A stretch of 64,000 bases of DNA from the human T2T-CHM13v2.0 reference genome, Homo sapiens: NCBI RefSeq assembly GCF_009914755.1, contig NC_060932.1; one strand, 5' to 3'. A program made the position numbers and the translations under genes. Below the pieces are notes generated by a model. The model was not told the origin of the DNA, did not search any database, and saw only the letters and a list, made by a program, of their open reading frames with translations. Below, piece after piece: positions 13,738-28,261 of the stretch. Within the stretch, counting starts at the first letter, position 1. Each line of letters starts with the position of its first letter.

Positions 13738-16075
13738 AAATGATAGTAATAGATGAAAAGGTAAGGAAATTCAAGAAATACTGTAGACATATTTTTGAAG
13801 TTATTATATGCATCCTGTATGCTTCCTGGGAGTCAATGCAAATAGAAATAAATGTTAACTTTCATAGCTTACCTTCTTTGACCAAAGAACACCCACAGTT
13901 ATTAAGATTTAAGCTTTTTTTCTAATATAAAATTTAGAAGAATTTATCAGTCATTAAAAAATGTAATTAGCAATAGCATGAATTTGTTGTTTAATTTTCA
14001 CAACTTGAGATGTAAATATTATCATTACCATTTTACAGAAATCTAAAATCAGAAAACTAAAATACAGTTTCATGGTTGACAGATAAAGCTCTAAAGCTGG
14101 TATTCTTTATATGACCCCCATTATTGCTAACAGTGTATTTTTATAATTAGCTTTTTTCATATTATTAGGGGGGGAGATCTTTCTTTTCAAAATAAAAATT
14201 CCTCAGGAAAGTACTTCTAATTTAATATAAGCTTTATTTAACTGGACATATTTTAAGATGTAAATAGCCAACAGGCATTGTCCAGGTTAGTAATCAGTAA
14301 AGTCCTGGTAACTGTAAATAAACCATAAAGAATTTAATTCTGAGCCAAGAAATACATACAAGAAAAAGAAGTCTTTAATTTCATTAAAATTTATAAGTGC
14401 CTTAAGGTTTTTGAGCATCAGAGTATAAACAGAAATGCAATTTTAAGGCCATTTTAAATGAAATCCCCATACACTCTGAATTGGTATATGGAGCTGCTGA
14501 ATGCTATTTACACAATTGAGTCCTGTCCGTGTTACCTACTAGAAAGACTTCCAAAGACACAGTTAAAGTTATTTGATAGCAACATCATAAAATCCTAGCT
14601 AAGCAGTAATGATACTAGGAGCAATGATATCAGGAGTATGGAAAAAGATAAGACTGTTGGCTCATTGTCCCCTTGGGCTTTGAAAACTGTCTGGCATTGC
14701 AGACTTTATAGAATGAAAAACACTAAGATGAATCCATCTTCCCTTTGATGCAGCTCTAAGTGGACAAATTCTTCTAATATTATTCTAGGATGAAGTATTT
14801 TTTTAACTGACACTCTATTATTCACTGCCATATAAACTTTTAGTATAACAGTATATTATTATTCAGTAAATATTTATTGAACTTCCACTGAGTGACAAAC
14901 AATATGGTATGTGCCAACTATTGTCCTCCTCATATGGTATCTGTTCCAGTGGGAAAGACAGGCCTTAACAAATAAATAAAGTAATAATTAGTCAACATTA
15001 CGAAGCTTGCCTTGATGAAAAGTTCCAATGATATACGAGTTTATTGCAGAGGATACTAACCTACTATGGCTCATCTTTCTGTCCACAAAGACAAATGACC
15101 TTTTGATTTAAAATCAACCGTGTAGGATCTGAATTTGTATACTGTGCATACAATGAGGAAGAGAGGCAGTAGTTTCTAATGTAACCTAGGATATGCTTGG
15201 GACTGATACAGTGGAAAAGTGGAATCTAGTGTATTTCTCTTAGGCATTAAAGTTTGGTGCTGACATAAGAATGTAATTTCTGTAGCTTTTATTCCAAAGA
15301 TGTAAAAGGGTGGTTTTGGTTTTGATCTTGTAATGTGAGGAATTTATTGCTTTTTACTTGAAATTTCATAATTGCTTAGAAAGTGAGAATAGGATGAGAG
15401 CTAGTACAGAAGTATGAGTTGAGATGGGGAAATGTTCTGATGAGGAAACTGATGGTGAGGCAACATGTAATACAGAAGTATAAGAAAGAATAGGAAGAAT
15501 ACCACAGAGATCCTCCAGGAAAGGCACTGTGCTCATTAACTGAGGTATTGAGGAATTTTACTTCACCACCTTTCAGCCAAATCCTCCTTTCCAAAGGAAA
15601 TATCGTAGCCCAAAGGTAGGGGAACAGCGGCCACCCACCTTTATCAAATCCTTTCCAGTCCCATTGACATTTGAAGTATCTCAATTTCTTGTCTCTTTTT
15701 GTCTTCCTCTTCCTACTGCCAGCAGTCATTTTATCCTGGAATTAGAGCCATCTGTGTGAAAGGAAAGATAAATGACCAAAGTTTTCTGACTTGCCATCAG
15801 TCAGAATTCCTCTTCATTTAACCTGTCAGTTGTGAAATTATCTTACTGGAAGCACTAGTTTGATAAAGTTCTGCTTCAACACATTAAAATAGATTTCTGT
15901 TTTACAAAAAAACACAGATTATTTAAGAAATCTGCATTCATTTGATTTATTTCATTTGGAAAGTTTTTTCCAAAAAAAAAGGACAAAAATGTTTTTTACA
16001 CAAGTGAAAATACTTGTGTTTTAAAAATAAAAATCATAAATTTAGTTAATGAACAATGAAAGATATGCCATTTCA

Positions 16076-16536
16076 ACTATTCACAATAGCAAACACATGA
16101 AATCAACCCAAATGTCCACCAATGATAGACTGGATAAAGAAAATGTGGTACATATATGCCATGGAATATTATGCAGCCACAAAAAAGAATGAGATTATGT
16201 TCTTTTCAGGGATGTGGATGGAGCTGGAGGCCACTATCCTTAGCAAACTAATGCAGGAACAGAAAACCAAATACCACATGTTCTTACTTATAAGTGGAAG
16301 GTAAATGATGAGGACTCATGGACACATAGAGGGGAACAACACACACTGGGGTGTGTCAGAGGGCAGAGGTTGGGAGGTGGGAGAGAAGCAGGAAATGTAA
16401 CTAATGGGTACTAGGCTTAATACCTGGGTGATGAAATAATCTGTACAACCAACCCCCATGACACATGTTTACCTATGTAACAAACCTGCAAATCCTGTAT
16501 ATGTACCCCTGAACTTAAAATACAAGTTAAAAAAAA
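16076..16536 (+). mobile_element. 5'-truncated L1PA 3' end with diverged 17-bp TSD
   Basis: ORF 16122..16304 is the ORF2 C-term (IDWIKKMWYIY...). TSD aaagatatgccatttca (16059-16075) vs aaagagatggcatttca (16534-16550). Confidence 0.92.
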
Positions 16537-17543
16537 GAGATGGCATTTCATATAACTAAATACATATGACTATATGTTTGAAAGTTCACTTCTTATTTTT
16601 AACCGAAATGGTAAACTGGAGTTTATTTCCTTTCTCAAGGAAGGATAATATTCTTTTCTTCCAAATTTTACAGTACAGTGCACAATTTGAAAGCAATACA
16701 GGATCCTCTTTAAACTGTGTTCTAGAATTAATCCCACTAACTGTCGAATCTTTTTGTTTTATGTTTGATTGTGATGAACACCAAGTGGTGTGCATTATTT
16801 GTATATTTGAGTACACTTTCATATATTTATGAATTAGCCTTCTTATTCTGAGTTATCCAATCTCAATCACAATAAAATTCCCTCACAGGTTTACATACTG
16901 GATTATTCCTCTTTTTAATCATTTTAAGTACATTTATTATTCCTTAGACCTACTTCTTAGATGTGTATTTATTTTGCATTTATCTTAATGTGTAGAAACT
17001 TAGCGGGAAAAATTGTAAAATGTCATATAAATATACTTTTTTCTGTTTTTTTTTAATGGAATATTCGTGTGTGTCAGTGAAACCTTATGCTGTCTCTGTA
17101 CCTCATTTTGAATAAGAGAACTATGTAAATTCATTTAGTTTTAATCTGCTGTATCTTTTTGGTCCTTTATGATTGTTCCATCAGTCTTTATCTGTCCTTG
17201 CTATCAACTGCTTTTTTTTTTCTTAAAATAGTCCACTTTAAGTTTTATCCTGTTTTTCAGTGAAACATTTAAATATACTAAGGTTAGTTTAGATTCCATT
17301 TTTATCAAATATTGCTTAAAATTTTAAATAGAATATCAGACTAGCACTAAGCACTTAGATTTTTTAAAAGTATACAAATTTCTAAATATCCATTCAATTA
17401 TGATTAACTGTGTTTCTAATAAAGAAAAATGGTGTCGTGCAGGCACTGTGGAAAATTTAAAAATTACACAAATTACATAAAAGTTAAACAAATCATAGAC
17501 CTACTCTCAGAAAGCTTAAATTCTATTAGGGAAGAGATGTTAG

Positions 17544-17916
<373 letters not shown>

Positions 17917-18329
17917 TGGATGACTTCTTGAAGGTTTGTAATTTGAGCCAGACTTCAAAGAATAAGTCATATTTCAATGAAATGAGATAGGAATGCATGT
18001 CAAGCATAGGGAGCTTCAGAAGTGTAGAGTAAGTTCAGAAAAAACATTTAGTATGCAGCAGAGAAAGATAAATGATCTAATTTGACTAAAGTATTCATTT
18101 CCAAACTTTTTATTTAAGCAAATGGAACCCATTTAACTTTTAGAAGCACAGGACAATACAATCTCTAAGGGTGTCCTTAGAGCATACTCAAGGAACTAAA
18201 ACTATATTCAAGACCTCAAGCATAGAGTATAAGAGATAGAGTTATAAATATAAGGTAGAGTTACACAGTTTTATATTTATAACTGTATAAATATTTATAT
18301 TTATATATAAATATACTCTATAAATATAT

Positions 18330-21300
18330 CCCAACCTTCCCTTCTGAATCCCCAAAGTCCATTATATCATTCTTATGCCTTTGCATCCTCATAGCTTAGC
18401 TCCCACTTATAAGTGAGAACATACAATATTTGGTTTTTCATTCTTGAGTTACTTCACTTAGAATGATGGCCTCCAGCTCCATTGAAGTTACTGCACAAGA
18501 CATTATTTCATTCCGTTTTATGGCTGAGCAGTATTCCATGGTGTGTATATGCCACATTTATCTACTCATTGGTTGATGGGCACTTAGATTTGTTCCATAT
18601 CTTTGCCATTGCAAATTGTGCTGATATAAACACCTGTGCATGTATCTTTTTCATATAATGACTTATTTTCCTTTGGGTGGATACCCAGTAGTGGGATTGC
18701 TGGATCAAATGGTAATTCTGCTTTTAGTTCTTTAAGTAATCTCCATACTGTTTTCCATAGTGATTGTAGTAATTTACATTCCCACCAGCAGTGTAAACAG
18801 AGTTTCTGTTTCTTCCTGATTTAAACTAGGAGGGTTGCATATTTCCAGGAATTTACCCATCTCCTCCAGCCACATCCATGCCAACATATATTGTTTATTG
18901 ACTTTTTAATTATGGCCACTCTTGCAGGAGTAAGTGGGTATCTCATTGTGGTTTTAATTTGCATTTTCCTGACAATTAGTGATGTTGAGCATTTTTTCAT
19001 ATGTTTGCTGGCTATTTGTATATCCTTTTTTGATAATTGTCTATGTTTTCTGACCACTTTTTGCTTGGATTATTTGTTTTTTTCTTGCTGATTTGTTTGA
19101 GCTCTGTGTAGAGTCTGGATATTAGTCCTTTGTCAGATGCAAAATTCGCGAATATTTTCTCCCATTCTGTGGGTTGTCTATTTACCCTGCTGATTATTTC
19201 TTTTGCTATACAGAAGCTTTTTAGTTTAACTGGGTCCCACCTATTTATCTCTGTTTTTGTTGCATTTGCTTTTGGAGTTTTAGTCATGAATTCTTTGCTT
19301 AAGCCAATGTCTGGAAGAGTTTTTCCAGTGTTGTGTTCTAGAGTTTTTATGGTTTCAGATCTTAGATTTAAGTCTTTGATCTTGCATTGAGTTTTATATA
19401 AGGTGAGAGGACCCAGTTTTATTCTTCTGTATGTGGCTTGCCAGTTTTTCCAGCACCATTTATTGAATAGGGTGTTCTTTTCCCAATTTATGTTTTTGTT
19501 TGTTTTGTTGAAGATTAGTTGGCTATAAGTATTTGGCTTTATTCCTGGGTTCTCTATTCTATTCCATTGGTTTAGGTGCCTATTTTTATGCCAGTAACAT
19601 GTTGTTTTGGTAACTATAGCCTTGTAGTATAATTTGAAGTTGTGTAATGTGATGCCTCCAGATTTGTTCTTTTTTCTTAGTATTGCTTTGGCTATGCAGT
19701 CTCTTTTTTGGTTCCATATAAATTTTAGGATTTTTTTCTAGCTCTGTGAAGAATGATGATGTTATTTTGATGAGAATTGCATTAAATCTGTAGATTGCTT
19801 TGGGCAGTATGGTCATTTTCACAATATTAATTCTACCCATTCATGAGCATGGGTTGTGTTTCCATTTGTTTGTGTCATCTATGATTTTTCAGGAGCGTTT
19901 TGTAGTTTTCCTTGTAGAGATCTTTCACTTCCTTGGTTAAGTATATTCCTAAGTATTTTATTTTCTTTTTGCAGCTCTTGTAAAAGGGATTGGGTTGTTC
20001 ATTTGATTTTCAGCTTGGTTGTCATTGGTGTGTAGCAGTGTTACTAATTTGAGTACCTTGATTTTGTATCCTGAGACTTTCTTGAATTTGTTTATCAGAT
20101 CTAGGAGCTTTTTGGATGAGTCTTTAGGGTTTTCAGGGTATACGATCATATCAGCGACAGTTTGACTTCCTCTTTTCCAATTCGAATGCCCTTTATTTCT
20201 TTCGTCTGCTCTCGCTAGCACTTCCAGTACTATGTTGAATAGAAGTGGTGAAAGTGGGCATCCTTGTCTTGTTCCAGTTCTCAAGGGGAATGCTTTCAAC
20301 TTTTCCATGTTCAGTATGATGTTGGCTGTGGGTTTGTCATAGATGGCTTTTATTATTTTGAGGTACGTCACTTTTATGCCAACTGTGTTGAGGGTTTTTA
20401 TCATAAAGGGATGTTGGATTTTATCAAATGCTTTTTCTGCATCTATTGAGATGATCGTATAATTTTTGTTTTTAATTATTTTTATGTGATGTGTCACATT
20501 TATTGACTTGTGTATGTTAAACCATCCCTGCATCCCCGTTATGAAACCCACTCGATCGTAGTGTATTATCTTTTTGATATGCTGTTGGATTTGGTCAGCT
20601 AGTATTTTGTTGATGATTTTTGCATTTATTAAATATGTTCATTATGGATATTGGTCTGTAGTTTTCTTTTTTTTGTTAAGTCCTTTCCTGGTTTTGGTGT
20701 TAGGGTGATACTAGCTTCATAGAATGACTTAGGGAGGACTTCCTCTTTCTCTGTCTTTTGGAATAGTTTCAGCAGGATTGGTACCAATTTGTCTTTGAAT
20801 GTCTGATAGAATTCAGCTGTGACTCCATCAGTCCTGGACTTTTTTTGTTGTTGGCTATATATATATATATATATAACAGATTCAATCTCATTACTTGTTA
20901 TTAGTCTGTTTAGAGTTTCTGTCTCTTCCTATTTAAACTAGGAGGGTTGCATATTTCCAGGAATTTACCCATCTCCTCCAGATTTTCTAGTTTGTGTGTG
21001 GAAAGGTGTTCATAGTAGCCTTCAGTAATCTTTAGTATTTCTGTGGTATCGGCTGTAATATCTCCAGTTTCATTTCTAATTGAGCTTATTTGGATCTTTT
21101 CTCTTCTTTTCTTGGTTATTCTCGCTAATGGTCTATCAATTTTATCTTTTCAAAGAACCAGCTTTTTGTTTTATTTATCTTTTGTATTTTTTTGTTTCAG
21201 TTTCACTTAGGTCTGCTCTGATGTTTGTTATTTATTTTCTTCTACTGGGTTTGGGTTTAGTTTGTTCTTGTTTCTCTAGTTCCTTGAGGTGTGACATTAG

Positions 21301-23790
21301 GTTGTCTATTTGTGCTCTTTCAGACTTTTTGAAGTAAGCATTTAACACAATGAACTTTCCTCTTATCACTGCTTTTGCCAGAGGTTTTGATAAGTTGTGT
21401 CATTATTATCATTAATTTCAAGGAATTTTTTAATTTCCATCTTAATTGTTAACCCAAAAATTATTCAAGAGCAGATTATTTAATTTCCATGTATTTGTAT
21501 AGTTTTGAGTGTTCCTTTTGGAGTTGATTTCCAGTTTTATTCCACTCTCATCTGAGAAGATACTTGATATGATTTCAATTTTCATAAATGTATTGAGACT
21601 TGTTTTGTGGCCTATCATGTTGTCTATCTTGGAGAATGTTCCATGTACTGATGAGAAGAATGTATATTCTCCAATTGTTGGGAAACATTTTCTGTAAATA
21701 TCTGTTAAGTTCGTTTGTTCTATGGTTTAGTTTAAGTCCATTTTTTTGTTGTTGTTGACTTTCCGTCTTGAGGATCTGTCTAGTGCTGTCACTGGAGAAT
21801 TGGAGTGACCGCCTATTATTGTGTTGCTATCTATCTCATTTCCTAGGTCTGGGAGTAATTGTTTGATAAATTTGGGATCTCCAGCATTAGGTGCATATAA
21901 ATTTAGGATTATAATATCTTCCTGTTGAACTAATCCATTTATCATTATATAACATGGTTCTTGTCTTTTTTTACTATAAGTATGATTTGTCTGATGTAAG
22001 AATAGCTACACCTGCTCACTTTTGGTTTCCATTCTTGTGAAACATCTTTTTCCACCTCTTTACCTTAAGTTTATGAGAGTCCTTATGTGTTAGGTGAGTT
22101 TCTTAAAGATAGCAAGTATTTGGTTGGTGGTTTTTTATCCATTCTACCATTCTGTATCTTTTAAGTAGAGCCTTTAGGCCAGTTACATTCAACATTAATA
22201 CTGAGATATGATGTACTATTCTATTCATCATATTAGCTGTTACCTAGATACTTTTTTTTCAATGTGTTATTGTTTTATAGGTCCTGTGAGATTTATGATT
22301 CAAGGAAGTTCTCTTTTGGTGTATGCTGAGGTTTTGTTTCGATGTTTAGAACTCCTCTTAGCATTTCTTGTCGTGCTAGTTTGACAGCAGCAAATCCCCT
22401 CAAGATTTGTCTGAAAAAGACTTTATCGCTCCTTCATTAATGAAGCTTAGTTTTGCTGGATAGAAAATTTTTGGCTGACAGTTATTTTGTTTAAGGAGGC
22501 CAAAGATAGGACCCCAATCCCTTCTGCCTTGTAAATTTTCTGCTTAGAAGTCTGCTGTTAGTCTGATAGGTTTTCCTTTATAGGTTACCTGATGCTTTTA
22601 AAATTATTTCCTTCATCTTAACTTTAGGTAGCCTGATGACTATGTGCCTTGGTGGTGATCTTTTGCAATGAATTTTCCCAGAAGTTCTTGGAGCTTTTTG
22701 TATTTAGATGTCCAGATCTCTAGCAAGGCCAAGGAAGTTTTCCTCAACTATTACCTGAAATAAATTTTCCAAACTTTTAGACTTCATTTCTCCCTCAGGA
22801 ATACTAATTATTCTTAGGCTTAGCTGTTTTACATAATCCCATTTTTTTTTTGGAGACTTTGTTCATATTTCTATTCTTTTTTCTTTGTCTCTGTCTGATT
22901 GGATTAATTCAAAAGCCTTGTCTTTGAGCTCTGGAATTCTTTTTTCTACTTGTTCTATTGCTGAAACTTTCCACTGCATTTTGTATTTCCCTAAGTGTGT
23001 CTTTTATATCCAGAAGTTCTGATTGATTTTTTTTGTTATATATATATCTCTCTCTGGAAAATTTTTCATTTGTATCCTGGATTTTTAAAAAATTTCTTTA
23101 ATTTTGTTTTCACATTTCTGTTATCTCTTTGAGTAGCTTAATCATCAACCTTCTGAATTTTTTATCTGGCATTTCAGAGATTTCATTTTGGTTTGGATCC
23201 ATTACAGGGGAGCGAGTATGATCTTTTGGTGGTGTTATAAAACCCTGTTTTCTCATATTACCAGAATCACTTTTATGGTTCCCATTCATTTGGGTAAACT
23301 ATTTCTTGAAATTGTTCTTGAATTTATTTTCTACTGGACTGTGTTTTTTAAATTTCTTTTGTTCCCCTCTTAAGGATAAGACTTTAATGTTTATTGTTTA
23401 TTATAGCCTAATTTGATTCTCGGATATTTTATGTGATGCCTCTGGATGAGTTCCTTAGTTATAGAGTCTTTGTGTGTTGGCTTTCCCAAATGCTGCTTGT
23501 AGTAGTTTGGTACTTGTTGTGTGGGCAAGTTCACTGTCTCCCATGGGGTTGGAATGGCAGGAATCTCTTGAAGCTTATCTCATTTTCTCATGGTATATAC
23601 TTTATGTACTTAATTTTTCTTCAATGTTTTATTTACTGAGTTGATGATTCAGGCTTCAGGCCAATAGGGGAGATATCCCTTAGGTAGGCAATCATTGTAG
23701 CTAAAGCATGTGGGTAGATGTAATACCCAATGGTAGACAGAGGTCCCAGCCTTGATGAAGGTAGCTGGAGGAGCTCTCAGTTAGGGCATC
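18330..23790 (-). mobile_element. ~5.5-kb degenerate L1 (L1PB-like): 3' UTR, ORF2, ORF1 and part of the 5' region
   Basis: RT fragments ([16 protein letters not shown]...[21 protein letters not shown], 19958..20551); endonuclease fragment (IIILNLYAPN, 21727..21945); 3' UTR ccccaaagtccattatatcattcttatgcctttgcatcc; many frameshifts. Confidence 0.93.
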
Positions 23791-23921
23791 ATCTAATTTA
23801 ATTCTTAATAAATGTTAGCTTTTAAGATGTGAAGAAGTCTGGATCATCAGGACTTAAAGAGGAAATACATGGTAGAAATGGGAGGTACCAACTGTAAAGA
23901 AACAAAAAAAAAGCTCTAGTT

Positions 23922-24198
23922 TTGGGGCTGGCAAAGTATGGGCTACAAGCCAAACTTAACCTGCTACTTTTATGTTTGGTTGGGATTTTTGCTTGATAAA
24001 TAATTTTTATTTGATAAATAAAGTTTGTCAGAACACGGCCAAGTTCATTTGTTAATGTATATTGTCTGTGTTTACTTTTGTGCTCCAGTGGCTGAGATGA
24101 GTAGTATCTGAGCATCTGTGGATCAGGGAAACCACATGATCCACAAAGCCTAAAATATTTGCCATATGGCCCTTAACAGAAAAAGTTTGCCTGTCTAT
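23922..24198. mobile_element. MER58-like hAT-Charlie MITE
   Basis: ggggctggcaaagtatggg...cacaaagcctaaaatatttgccatatggcccttaacagaaaaagtttgcc; flanked by tctagtt on both sides. Confidence 0.75.
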
Positions 24199-25119
24199 TC
24201 TAGTTGATGCTTTTGGATATTCAAACATTTATACCTCAAAATGAGAGAAATCATTTTGTGTTGGAGCATAAATGGAAGAGAATATTGAAGATGTAGAAGA
24301 GGATATGACTAAGTGTGGAAATAGATTCCCAAACATCTTCTTGGATAATTTTAAAATCTCAAAATATAAGAAAGAACTTTAAATGTCACTTAGTCCAGCC
24401 AGTATTCCACCTCATACTTAATTTTCAGTTCTTTCCAAACTCCAAAAGGAGTTCTGTACTCTAGCTACGTGAATTACATGAAGATTGCCCAGTCAAGAAG
24501 TTTGGCTCCATTGTTGTGAAAGAGTGGCGTTTTCCACTAAAATAGCCTTGAAATGTTACCAGTGTCCATACATTTGCTATCTAGCACATTTTTTGTAGTC
24601 TCTGCATAAAATTACAATATTCCTGCTTACTACATCTGCTTTTGGTGCATTTAACAATGCCTCCTCTCATTTTTGGTCTTTTATTTTTTGATCAATGTAA
24701 GTGTTTAAGACTATGAAACAAGTGTAACAAATTTAATACTCATACGTTAAAGAAAAATTCTTTAAAATGAGTATTCATTTTCATTTTTCTACTTAATTCA
24801 GAATGCTATTGGAAGACTCTTGTTTCATACCTGTTACCTAGAATTAATCTTTCTGGGTTTTGGCATTCTTCAAGAAAAATGACACGAGTAGGCAGTTAGG
24901 ATGTGCTGCTTCCTGATCTGTGCAATTTGGGAAGTTCTGCCCTTTGTGGATAATTATAGGATAACAATGACTCTATTATTTATTTTAATGAACACCAGAT
25001 TATTTTATTGAAGTAATCTTTAATTTTTTTACTATGGTTTTGATCATGAGAGTTTCTATAATGTTATGAAACATTTTTTATAGAACAAAGAAAAAAGTTA
25101 TAAGCTATTGCTTTCTTAA

Positions 25120-25366
<247 letters not shown>

Positions 25367-25408
25367 GCTCTTCTGATTTTTAAAATTAAATCTGATTCTA
25401 GGACTTAA

Positions 25409-25777
<369 letters not shown>

Positions 25778-26829
25778 TAAAGGATCATTTTAACCATTAC
25801 TAAAGAAGTTTAGGAAAAGGAAATAGAAGTGAAATTTAAATCAGGCTCTTAGACTAGTTAATAGGTTTCTTGACATATTTTGTTGTTGGGGTGGAGGTTA
25901 AATGGCAAGCTGAAAGATTCTGGGCTTAAAAGGCACAAAGAGCTAAAAAAAAAATAAGTTTGGGAGTAATGACAATATATTACCTTCTTAATATTGGTTT
26001 ACTGGCATATTCATTTAGAAGAAAATGCATTATTTCTTAAGCCAAATAACAAAGAGACAGGAGAAGCAGGAGAAGTGATAGTCATTTATTTGAACATCAG
26101 CTGTGTTCTTGGTACTTTGCAAAGCACTTTCTAGTTTATTAACTTTTTTAAACCCCACAGTTGCTCTTTACAGTAGGTATTACGATTCTTGATTTTACTT
26201 CTTATATGAGGAAACTAAAGAAGCAACAGAAAGAAAGGTGTTGCGGGGAAGAAGGTAGGAAAAGAAACAATAAATGATTTTGAGTTAAGTCCTGTTCAAA
26301 ATTGTGAAGCTGGAGAATTTTCTGATATTCTCCACTTTCTGTTCTCTTTGAATAGGGCTCCCTTCCTTTCAATACCTGATCCCTATTAAAGTGTTTTCAG
26401 ATTCTTTCACCCTTTTTATTTTCTCAGGAACTAATTGGCTAATACATTTCCATTAAGATACAGAATGGTTAAAATGCTTAAGTACTCTCTACAAGTATTT
26501 GAAAAGTCTTAAGCCAAAATAGTGAATTTGTAATGGAGATTTTAGTCATTGACAAGTAGAGAGAAAAGTCTGTAGAGACAGAGTTTTCCTGTATCTCCAA
26601 AATCACCTCTATGATGAATACATACTCTTCTTTCTTGTACATACACCAAGTGCACCTTTGAAGAGCTGCCATTTTCGTTAAGCCAAAAGATGTGTTATCT
26701 GCTAAAATATAATTGTTTTAGCATAAAAACTTTCCAACAAGTTTTTTTTTCAGAAATATCTGTCATTTATTTCCTACACCTCAGGATCTTTACTTTCTTT
26801 CTTTTTTTAAATTTCCTGTTAACTTTAAA

Positions 26830-27110
26830 AAATTTTTTTGTGTATATATTTTTATTGTAGGTGTATATATTTGTGGGGTACTCGAGGTATTTATTTTGAT
26901 ACAGGCATATAATATGTAACAATCATATCAGGGTAAATGGGGTCTCTATCCCCTCAAGCATTTATCCTTTTATTGTGTTACAATCAAATTATACTCAGTT
27001 ATTTTAAAATGTATAATAAATTATTGCTGACTGTAATCACTCTGTTGTGCTAGCAAATACTAAATCTTATTCATTCTGTTTTTGTACCCATTAACTGTCC
27101 CCACTTCCCT
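26830..27110 (-). mobile_element. L1MA-like 3' end
   Basis: gtatatatttgtggggtac...tttgatacaggcat...atcagggtaaatgggg...tttgtacccattaac. Confidence 0.75.
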
Positions 27111-28170
27111 TTTCAACAGCTTTTAAGTTGCAATAAGAAACACAATGACTTCTCCAGTTACATTACTGAATAATGAATCCCCAAACCACATTGAAACTTA
27201 CTCATAAAGGTGGATTTTGAAGAACAGAGACTAAAAGAGAAAGAACAAGTAAAGAAAAGTGTATCATGATGAGTCATATAAAGCTTTCACACCTTAGAGG
27301 AATTCTTTCTGTAAAAATTGAAGAAGCATCACCAAACGGGCCCAGTAATCTCTAAAGATGCAGGTTGTCACAGTTTCTAGAGGTGGCCAGTCACTGATGT
27401 ATGCTCTCTTCTTGCATTTTTTCTTTTCCTCAAAGACTGAAAAGAACTGAGACAAGCTGTATAATTCTCTTCATGTTAGGACATGCTATATAGTAGGATG
27501 TGGCTATGTCCGAAACTAGTCCTACCCAACTTCTCAGGATGGCACATTCATATTCTCATTCTCTCTCTCTGTGTTTCTCTATCTGCAGTGCTGTCTGAAG
27601 CAGGAATTATAACAATCTCGAGTTCCTCACACCATTGTTTCACAGTTTTATATCTGTAATTCTAACTTGCTTATACCTGTGCTACCTTTCATTGCCACAT
27701 ATCTGGCAATATGTGCTCCCTTACTTCTTGTTTCTTGGCTAATACTGATACAGCTTTGCCTGTATCTCCAGCTGTGGCTTTTTTCCTGTCTTCCATTTGG
27801 ACCTCATCAAAATAAGTAAGATAATTGGTAGATTCCCTAAGCATTTCCCTTTTGGTTGTAAAAACAAGCTGAATCGGGAACAACCTAGAAACCTTCTCTG
27901 ACTGTATTATAAGCTGGACCACCTACCACTATCAACATCATCATACTCCATTACAGCATTACTGGCCTGGCATCAAATCATAGTGGGCATGGTTCCATTC
28001 TCTCAGGCTTGAATCCTGGTCCTTAAACTATTGGTTTATTTATTCTGTCCTTGCTGTGAAGTTATAGTAACCATAGTAACAATACAGCATCTTCATAGCT
28101 TTGGAGAGTCAAGCTAAGCCGTTTTATAATGAAGAAAAGATATTTAAACATTATATGCTAATGAAAATGA

Positions 28171-28261
28171 TTCATATAATTATATATGAATATATAATCA
28201 TATATTTTCATATCATTATATATGAATATATAATCATATATTTTCATATCATTATATATGA
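28171..28261. repeat. AT-rich minisatellite, 36-bp unit x2.5
   Basis: ttcatat(a/c)attatatatgaatatataatcatatatt at 28171, 28207 and 28243 (partial). Confidence 0.9.
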
